This document shows, in pieces, positions 1 to 6,707 of a DNA stretch of 6,717 nucleotides. The DNA comes from Paraspadella gotoi (taxonomy: Eukaryota; Animalia; Chaetognatha): contig JBJCIZ010001314.1 of assembly GCA_051294375.1 (NCBI GenBank), positions 1 through 6,717 on the forward strand, read 5' to 3'. Position 1 is the first letter of the stretch, and each line of letters begins with the position of its first letter. A model generated the notes under the pieces. That model worked only from the letters and a program-made list of their open reading frames with translations. It had not been told where the DNA came from and did no database searches. Position numbers and translations under genes: made by a program.

Positions 1-168
1 GAGTGGATGGGCTGATTGACCTGGAATTTTGTATGTGGGACAGGAATTCAAGTTTCGATGGAATAGTTTGAGTGGAAATGAGTTTAAATGGAAAAAAACA
101 AAAAACCTGTTTCACTAATTGATTATACTTCTTTTTCCTTTTATATTAAATGTATATGCAGGATGTAT

Positions 169-242
169 CAATAAATCAAATAATTAATCAGTTAATTAAT
201 AAATTAGTAAATAATCAATAATTAATTAATTAGTCAATCAAT
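169..242. repeat. Degenerate AT-rich (TAAT/CAAT)n low-complexity tract
   Basis: caataaatcaaataattaatcagttaattaataaattagtaaataatcaataattaattaattagtcaatcaat shows tetranucleotide-like periodicity. Confidence 0.7.
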
Positions 243-264
243 CCTAAGTTGTAGTTCATTCAAA

Positions 265-392
265 TAGCGATGTCGCCGGCGATTCACGCACGAGTTGCAG
301 GTGTGGTTCTAGTTGGTTGGCGACTTCGCAATGGCGATATCGCCAGGGCTTTGGCGATGTCGCCAGTCCCCCCACTGGCGACCTCGCCAGTG
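265..392. repeat. Array of five short palindromes, consensus TGGCGA-NN-TCGCCA
   Basis: Copies: tagcgatgtcgccg 265-278, tggcgacttcgcaa 318-331, tggcgatatcgcca 332-345 (perfect), tggcgatgtcgcca 352-365, cactggcga-cc-tcgccagtg 373-392 (9-bp arms). Confidence 0.9.
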
Positions 393-454
393 ATAAAAGT
401 AGCGAATATAATGAAAAGCGCAGCTAACACGGGGATGAGCATCACCTTCAGGCT

Positions 455-586
455 CCTCTCCCAACCCTAACCCTAAACCAAACCTCCCGTTCAACTCTGT
501 GCCTCTCCCCTAACCCTAACCCGGGCCTGGGCCTCCCGTACATCTCCATGCCTCAACCCTAACCCTAACCCTCACCCTAACCCTTA
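455..586 (-). repeat. Interstitial telomere-like (TTAGGG)n repeats inside a ~48-bp unit (about 3 copies)
   Basis: Units start at 455, 502 and 551, each cctc..(CCCTAA)n. The first two end in cctcccgt.ca.ctc..tg. The third has five CCC tracts at 557-583. Confidence 0.85.
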
Positions 587-888
587 CTGTATCATTCTGG
601 GCCGAATCATATTTTGCATGTTTTGTCCCAGCATAAACTGTCAAGAAAGATGCTTGTTAATACAAATGTCAGATATTCTGTACGATAATATTTTTTTTTT
701 ATTACAGGGGCAAATGAAATTAAGCGTGATCTGTCTCTGCGTCATATGCTAAATTTTAATTTTATAATTATAAGAGATGCCCCCTAGAGGGGTATTTTGA
801 GCACATGGATAATATCAAATGTATATGTTATGGACTTAGTAAACTAATACTAAATTCACCATATCATTCAAGAAAAAAGCTTTCTTGC

Positions 889-997
889 CTCCCTCATTAA
901 CTCTTCTCTTCTCTCTCTATCTCCTTTCTCTAAATCTCTCTTCCGGTTCCTTCTTCTCTCTCTTCATTCCGGTTTTTCATCTCTCTTACACTCTCTA
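889..997. repeat. Degenerate (CT)n polypyrimidine tract
   Basis: Nearly all C/T on the + strand, with ttccggtt occurring twice. Confidence 0.75.
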
Positions 998-1774
998 GTA
1001 GCTGTAGCTTCCTATAGGACGGGTGGAATATCTAACAAAACCTTGGGATATTACCTGGTACAATAAGAGATTTTGAGATAAAATCGATTTTTTGATCTAT
1101 CATGCCAAAGTTCTATAAATCGGGTTACTTCCAATATGCAAATGAGATGTATAAAACGTATTCACTAATAGTTTATAAAATAATTAAATATTAATCTTAT
1201 ATATGAAATTTAAATAAATATATGATGTGATAATCCTTTCCTTTCGTGTGTTTTTTAATTTTAGAGAAAGCAAGTGGTTTTTGAAATTATTACAAAGATT
1301 TTTTTATTTTTTATTAAAAGACCACATGTTTCAACTTGTTGGCTTCAAGCTTTCATCAGCATTTGACATTACATTTAGTTGTGTAAGATAAAGGAGTGGA
1401 GAGAGAGAAGAGAGAGACAGGGTAAAGTATCAAATCAGGACATGAGTCAGATGTTGCAGTTGAAGAGCTGAAGATTAGGATGTGAAAAGTGAAATTAATT
1501 GATAGAGAGAGCAGAGAGAGAAAACAACAGGATAAATATAATAAAGATACATTTTTGCAATGTACAACAAAGAGAAAGGATTTGAAAAACTAATATGGTG
1601 AAATTTAATATAACTAAGTTAAATAAATAAGCATTAGCTAACGGATACATCGGTGAACATTTCAAGCCGCCAGCTAGAAATACGCTATCATTTGCAAACC
1701 AGTGGTTATTTTCTTGATTTTAAAAATTAGTTGAGTAGAAAATACTAAAACTATTTTGTGTTAAAATTTCAATA

Positions 1775-2473
1775 TTGATCAGTTAAGATATGCCTTGACA
1801 ATGAGTGGAGAAAGTTGGCTTGTCAAATCGGTTTTAATTTTCCAACTCCTGTTTTAAATTCAATTTTTTTGGGGAATTTTAAACACTTTTATACAAAGTA
1901 TTTATGTAAATATTAACAATATTAATTATCCTCAAAAAGCCTTAATATGAAGAGAATTATATACTTATGAATACTGTAGAATAAAATTTAACTGGCCCAG
2001 CTTTAATTTAATTAGAATATTCAAAAACGAGACATATTTTTAAAAATCAATAGCTGGAGAATAAATTTATAATATTTATCAAATTGTGATTGGCTATCCT
2101 AAATCTTTTTTCTCAGGCTCTTTCATGATACTTATATAAATAATAATATTTTTTTTTATAATAATTTAAACAGGTCATATATTTTTAAAAGAAGATTTAA
2201 AATTTTAAATAATTCACTTTTGACACTTAATTGAACCAAGGCTGGGCAGCTTACTTTTTATGTTAGAGCTTTTGTAAGTATATCAATCTTTTTATATTTT
2301 TGAGGGCTTTCTGAAGATATTAATATTGTTAATATTTTAATAATTTTTTTGTTTAAAAAAGTGCTAAAAGTTCCTCAAAAAATTGAATTTAAAAACAGTA
2401 AGTTGGAAAATGAAACCCGATTTGACAAGCCAACTTTCTCCACTCATTTTCAAGGAATATCTTAACTGATCAA
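1775..2473. mobile_element. Non-autonomous DNA transposon (MITE/foldback type), ~700 bp, ~250-bp inverted arms, probable TA target-site duplication
   Basis: 1773-1831 matches the reverse complement of 2417-2475 at 57/59 positions (tattgatcagttaagatatKccttgaMaatgagtggagaaagttggcttgtcaaatcgg). Similarity continues inward with decay to ~2026 and ~2218 (aaatattaacaatattaat, atatactta, gcccagc). It stops abruptly outside TA 1773-1774 and TA 2474-2475. No transposase ORF. A TA duplication is characteristic of Tc1/mariner-type insertions; the superfamily assignment is inference. Confidence 0.92.
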
Positions 2474-2743
2474 TAAGGCGTAGTGAACGTTACATACGAA
2501 AATTCTAAAAGTCAATTATGAACAACATACCATCAGTGAACATGAATTTGTAAAAAAAATTAATTTTATGTTTGTTAATTTTCGCAGTAGGCTATATTTA
2601 TACATAGTACTATCCTTATAAAATCGAAAAATTTCAAAATAGGCTTTTCTTAATTTTGATTGCAGATTTGAATTCCTCGTCAAAAGTTGATAAAAGAAAA
2701 CATAAATCATTTTTAAAAATTCTTTCATTAAGTGGGTTAAAAA

Positions 2744-2776
2744 TTTAATATTAATATTTAATATTAATATTTAATA
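2744..2776. repeat. 13-bp AT-only tandem repeat (tttaatattaata, about 2.5 copies)
   Basis: Copies at 2744-2756 and 2757-2769, with a partial copy from 2770. Confidence 0.7.
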
Positions 2777-2779
2777 TAT

Positions 2780-2990
2780 AACAAGTTTGAGCAAACAATG
2801 TCGGATCACACCCCACCAAAGAGAGAGATAAACAATGCGTGTATGAATGAAAGAGAGAGAGAGAGAGAAGAGGAGAGAGAGAGAGAGAGAGAAAGAAGTG
2901 AGAGAAGGCTGGTCAGTTTCACTCTCGTTTATATAAAGTATAATCAGAACTGGACCGCCTGCAGAGCTGAACTCGTTTTTTCGCGTATCT
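2780..2990 (-). mobile_element. Fragment or end of the same repeat family as the downstream HINE-like elements
   Basis: Starts AACAAG plus the mini-palindrome gtttg-ag-caaac (2785-2796), which reads CTTGTT-terminal on the minus strand as in DINE-1-type ends. aaacaatgcgtgtatgaatgaaagaga (2830-2856) matches 5616-5643. ctggaccgcctgcagagctgaactcgt (2950-2976) matches 6206-6234. Confidence 0.5.
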
Positions 2991-3448
2991 GAGTAGGGAC
3001 GAACTCTTTCCTTTCCTTGAATGAAATTTTTAGATTGTTGCTTTTTTTTAAGAAGAAACCAACCGTTAGGTCAAATTTCATATTGCATATTTAAACTAAT
3101 TTAATAAATATTTATTCCCAACTCAAAATAATTATTATTTTAAAAAAGAATAAAATGATAAATATATACACTAAAAAATTTACGCAATTTTTAAAAATGT
3201 AAAAATTATTAGAATATACAAAAAAAGTGAATGTTTAATTTGACAATATCTCTCTTCTCAAATCCTATTTTAGATATAATTTCCCATAAGTGGGCCGAAA
3301 GACCGGTCCAAAGTTACAGTAATAACAAAACAAAAAAATTTTTTTGTAGAAAGTATATATGTAATTAAATTAATCCGCGCAATTGCCGGACATATAGCCT
3401 ATATGTACAGCAGCAAGCTGATGTACAATGTACATTGCCTGCATTATA

Positions 3449-3597
3449 AGTTATTCCTTTTTTCTAAAAAGGAATCCGAAAATCCTCTCGGATGTAATTT
3501 GGGATTTTGTAAAGAGAAAAATAAAATAAATGGCGATAATAAAAGGTTTTTAAAAGGAAAAAAATAATAAGAATTTTTCAAAAAAACCGAACGGTCG
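3449..3597 (+). repeat. Shared ~130-150-bp block, copy A
   Basis: agttattc...aatcc..aaaat..ctcRgatgtaatttgggattttgta...aataaatggcgataataaaaRgtttttaaaaggaaaRaaataataagaatttttcaaaaaa; similar to copies B, C and D. Confidence 0.9.
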
Positions 3598-3603
3598 TAA
3601 CAT

Positions 3604-3924
3604 AGAGAGAGAGATACAGAGAGAGAGAGAGAGAGAGAGAGTGAAAAAAAGTGACTAAATTTTTTTTTTTGTAAAAAAAAAAAGAGAGAGAGAGAGAGAG
3701 ATAGAGAGAGCCGAACTCGTTTACTCGTCGCGCAGTGGACGGAGGTAAAAAAAAGGTGATAAAAATTATTTTTTGTACAAAAAAAAGAGATAGAAAGAGA
3801 GAAAGTGAGAGAGAGACAGATAAGAGAAAGATAGATATGAGAGAGAGAGAGAGAGAGAGAAGCCGAACACGGTGGTTTACTCGTTTAACAAGTGAATAAA
3901 TTTTTTTTTTTGTAAAAAAAAAAA

Positions 3925-3956
<32 letters not shown>

Positions 3957-3962
3957 GAGAGA

Positions 3963-3994
<32 letters not shown>

Positions 3995-4007
3995 GAGAGA
4001 TGAAGAG

Positions 4008-4048
<41 letters not shown>
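3604..4048 (+). repeat. Compound array of [gtga..aaa T(n)-GT-A(n)] + (GA)n + [gccgaac..gtttactcgt] modules
   Basis: Modules start near 3649, 3755 and 3890. GA tracts at 3604-3641, 3684-3710, 3787-3861 and 3926-4048. gtttactcgt recurs at 3719, 3875 and 4170. Confidence 0.85.
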
Positions 4049-4050
<2 letters not shown>

Positions 4051-4213
4051 TTTTCCGCCAACTAATACGCAATATTAGGTCACTCTTGTTTATATCGGCG
4101 TGAATCTCGGTCAAGTTGATTTTTTTTATACACGTAACGCGTTATTAAGGTCAATGTTCTCGAACATTGGTTTACTCGTTGACCCGCAACGGCCACGAAT
4201 CCAGGTGAAGTTT

Positions 4214-4360
4214 AGTTATTCTTCACATTTTCTCAAAAAATCCACAGAAAATTCTCAGATGTAAATTTGGGAATTTTTGTATGAGAAAGAAGCGCGGAAT
4301 AAATGGCGATAATAAAAGTTTTTAAAAAGGAAAGAAATAATAAGAATTTTTCAAAAAACG
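4214..4360 (+). repeat. Shared block, copy B
   Basis: Lies 765 bp after copy A and shares aataaatggcgataataaaa and aaataataagaatttttcaaaaaa with it. Followed by a T9-GT-A9/(GA)n module at 4371-4465. Confidence 0.9.
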
Positions 4361-4388
4361 GTGGTAAACAAAGTGAAATTTTTTTTTG

Positions 4389-4437
<49 letters not shown>

Positions 4438-4466
4438 AGGGAGGACGGAGGAGAGAGAGAGAGAGC

Positions 4467-4648
4467 CTGAACTCGTTTTTTAAACGATTCAGAAAAGGCA
4501 GCGCCTGATCAAATATATATGTTTTTAGAAAAAGAAAAAAAATAATCAGAATTTTTCAAAAAACGAACGATCAGCGCAAGAGATCGCCACAAAGAGAGAC
4601 AGAGAAAACTGAACTCGTTTTTTAAAACGATTCAGAAATAGGCAGCGC
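4467..4648 (+). repeat. Direct repeat pair of a ~38-40-bp hairpin-containing motif flanking partial block copy D (4521-4582)
   Basis: ctgaactcgttttttaaacgattcagaaaaggcagcgc (4467-4504) and ctgaactcgttttttaaaacgattcagaaataggcagcgc (4609-4648). 4521-4582 matches 5816-5872. Confidence 0.9.
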
Positions 4649-5397
4649 TAAAAAAAAATATATATAATTAAAAAATAAATAAAAGAAAGGCAAAAAATGT
4701 TAACAATGGTTTACAATTGGAAACTTTTCAATTTTTTTCCAATGCCAGCTTGTAAAGATTTATTTTTATTGTATTAAATTAAGATATGCTTTCTCATTAA
4801 AAAAATCCTTTGAGTTCCCATTTTATTAGAAATTTAAAAAAATTTTTGAATTTCATCTTCAATATTAATATACTGCAATATGTAAATTAGTTAAAAGCAT
4901 TTCTAATATTCCTAATTTTGGTATTATAATGGAGTTACTATAATCTCATTTGCCATATGCAGTAAATCATAATGAAGTGGAAATTCAACAAAACAATACT
5001 TAAATCAAATGTAATATGAAAATATCACACATGCTTTTTCAAAGATGAAAAGCCCATATTTAAAATTTTTTAACTTACTATGACGCACACTTTTGTAAAA
5101 ATTTATCATAATTCATAATAATTTTTATTTTAAAAAAACCGGTAAGTCACAGCCAAACCTATAAAAGCGTAGTAGTTTTATATATGAAAATCAGCGTGAC
5201 CACGACGACGCACCGACGACGACGTCACAAAGAAGCAACCCTAAAAACATTTATAGAGCCTGACCCGGCTTCGCCGTCAAGGCTCGATAAAAATCTTTAA
5301 AAAGACTCAAGATCGAGCCAAGAGCCCACTATCATAAGAAAAATTAATGAAAAAACCGGGAAAAAAAACGAATGAATTCATGCGATAACGATTGGTT

Positions 5398-5477
5398 TGA
5401 TGTACTAGTAATTGATTAAGGTAATACTAATTGATTGAATGTAATAGTAATTTAATTGATGTAATAGGAATGATTAT
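5398..5477 (+). repeat. Minisatellite, ~19-21-bp unit (tgatgtaatagtaattgat), 4 copies
   Basis: Units start at 5398, 5417, 5436 and 5457. Confidence 0.85.
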
Positions 5478-5610
5478 TGATTCGAATGATAATCAATTAT
5501 TGATGCGATGATAGTCATTCACTGCTGTGATGATAGTCATTCAGGTGATGCGATGATTGTCATTCATTGATGGCGTGATTGTCATTCATTAGAATGCGAT
5601 GATAGTCCAT
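5478..5610 (+). repeat. Minisatellite, ~22-bp unit (tgatgcgatgatWgtcattcat), 6 copies
   Basis: Units start at 5478, 5501, 5523, 5546, 5568 and 5590. There are no unique spacers between them. Confidence 0.92.
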
Positions 5611-5636
5611 AAAACAAACAATGGCGTGTATGAGTG

Positions 5637-5637
5637 A

Positions 5638-5681
<44 letters not shown>

Positions 5682-5700
5682 AAGAGAGAAGAGAGAAAGA

Positions 5701-5731
<31 letters not shown>

Positions 5732-5739
5732 AAAGAGAA
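5637..5739 (+). repeat. (GA)n microsatellite / pure polypurine tract
   Basis: About 100 nt containing only A and G. Confidence 0.95.
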
Positions 5740-5740
5740 T

Positions 5741-5874
5741 AAATCCACGAAAATCTCAGATGAAAATATGGATTTTGTATTGAAAAAAAGCGCGGAATAA
5801 ATGGCATAATAAAAAGTTTTTAGAAGGAAAAAAATAATCAGAATTTTTTCAAAAAACAAACGATCACGCAAGAT
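5741..5874 (+). repeat. Shared block, copy C
   Basis: aaatccacgaaaatctcagatg...aagcgcggaataaatggcataataaaaagtttttagaaggaaaaaaataatcagaattttttcaaaaaac..acgatcacgcaaga; similar to copies A, B and D. Confidence 0.9.
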
Positions 5875-5899
5875 GGAAAATAGGGACAGACACAACACC

Positions 5900-6024
5900 A
5901 GAGAGACAGAGAGAAGAAGAGAGAAGAGAGAAGAAGGAAAAAGAGAGAAGAGAAGAGACAGCCGCTGCAGAGAAAAGAGAAGAGAAAGAGCGATATTAAT
6001 AATAAAGAGATGAGAGAGAGGAGA
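5900..6024 (+). repeat. Degenerate GA-rich tract
   Basis: Interrupted (GA/GAA)n with an embedded cgctgcagag motif also present at ~6214. Confidence 0.8.
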
Positions 6025-6639
6025 GCTCTACAGCCACCTTTACTCTGCGTAAGAATCAGCAGTACTTATGGCGCCGCCACGTAGCGAGCTTCTCTACCCA
6101 AAGGACCCAGGTCGCACCCTGTTCGCGGCATCATATAGTGGAACCAAATTAACTAAAATTTTTTGTAAAAAAAAAGAGGAGAGAAAGAGAGAGAGGAGAA
6201 GGAAGCTGGACAACGCTGCAGAGCCGGAACTCGTAGACAAATCAGAAGAAAGCAGTGACGTGAGAAAAAGAGAGAGAAGAGAGCGACAATATTTAAAAGA
6301 AAGAACCGAGAGCGACAATAATAAACGTTTTTGTTTTGTAAATAAAACATAAACAAATACGAATATTGATATGAAATGAGAATTTTAAGATCTGATGAAT
6401 TAGAAGGCCATAATATGAAAATCATACTCCCTATATATCATTATTCAGAAGCCCATGATTGCAAAAAAAGCGAGACCGAAAAAGCTAAACGAAAATCAAA
6501 TCGAGCCAGACTGCTTTGGCCGCCTGGTCGATAATAGAGGATATTGTTTTTTGATAAAATGTAAATAAAACATTTAAATAACTGTCCTGACTCAATTTTA
6601 AGGACTCGATGATGACAAGCTGAATATAATATAATGATC

Positions 6640-6707
6640 ATTTAATTAATAATTAATTAATCTAATAATTAATATTAATCTAGTAATTAATTAAATTATT
6701 TAATTAT
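6640..6707. repeat. AT-rich (TAAT/TTAA)n low-complexity tract
   Basis: atttaattaataattaattaatctaataattaatattaatctagtaattaattaaattatttaattat. Confidence 0.7.

Larger units (their letters stand above)
3368..5293 (-). mobile_element. Putative non-autonomous Helentron/DINE-1 (HINE)-like element, copy 1 (left boundary uncertain: ~3368 or ~2780)
   Basis: On the minus strand it begins TTTTT-ATCGAGCCT within an imperfect hairpin (5250-5291: gagcctga..cggc-ttc-gccg-tca.ggctc), followed by a (GTC)n microsatellite (5198-5226) and internal repeats. The far end has a subTIR-like atatagcct (3392-3400; compare atagagcct 5253-5261 and aggctcgat 5280-5288) next to the palindrome tccg-c-gcaattgc-cgga (3374-3390). 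This order matches the described DINE-1/HINE layout. Confidence 0.6.
5298..6535 (-). mobile_element. Putative HINE/DINE-1-like element, copy 2, abutting copy 1
   Basis: The terminal hairpin atcgagccag...ctggtcgat (6500-6532) aligns with the 5253-5290 hairpin. atcgagcca recurs near the opposite end (5312-5320). It contains internal minisatellites, block C and GA modules shared with copy 1. It lacks the (GTC)n tract seen in copy 1. Confidence 0.55.

Noticed and set aside
1-45. gggctgattgacctggaattttgtatg, reminiscent of internal motifs of DINE-1-like elements
   Set aside because: Truncated by the window edge and based on resemblance only, so it cannot be supported from this sequence.
265-392. 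Palindrome array as CRISPR, REP or attC sites
   Set aside because: The repeats are only 14 bp with irregular gaps (0 to ~40 bp), and there is no prokaryotic gene context.
270-494. ORFs 270-470 (+) and 309-494 (-)
   Set aside because: They are open only because the GC-rich palindrome and telomeric repeats lack stops. AMSP/ATSP and GLGLGLG are repeat translations with no recognisable domain.
455-586. True chromosome end
   Set aside because: The tracts are short, interrupted and flanked by non-telomeric sequence on both sides.
1136-1143. Octamer motif ATGCAAAT
   Set aside because: A single AT-rich 8-mer with no associated snRNA gene or promoter context.
1357-1500. Possible minus-strand exon after an acceptor-like ttttcacatcctaatcttcag
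   Set aside because: The following frames hit stops or run into CT low-complexity sequence, with no convincing donor or protein similarity. RNA-seq would be needed.
1645-2543. Short similarity atacatcggtgaacat (1645-1660) versus ataccatcagtgaacat (2527-2543) on either side of the MITE
   Set aside because: It does not extend, is not adjacent to the MITE ends so is not a TSD, and could be chance.
2516-2728. 70-aa minus-strand ORF
   Set aside because: Short, with the F/K/I/Y/N-rich composition expected from AT-rich non-coding DNA, and no motif.
2798-4114. ORFs 2798-2992 (+) and 3578-4114 (-)
   Set aside because: ERERER and SLSLSL runs are translations of (GA)n/(TC)n tracts.
5250-5293. Rho-independent terminator (hairpin beside an A/T run)
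   Set aside because: No bacterial gene context. The hairpin has a homologue at 6500-6532 and is better explained as an element terminus.
5398-5610. Possible CRISPR array
   Set aside because: Units are directly tandem and degenerate with no unique spacers. There are no cas genes and the context is eukaryote-like.
5560-6641. ORFs 5560-5898, 5589-5807, 6068-6352, 6094-6318, 6153-6425 and 6441-6641
   Set aside because: Overlapping short frames dominated by microsatellite or AT bias, with no transposase, Rep/helicase or other recognisable motif.
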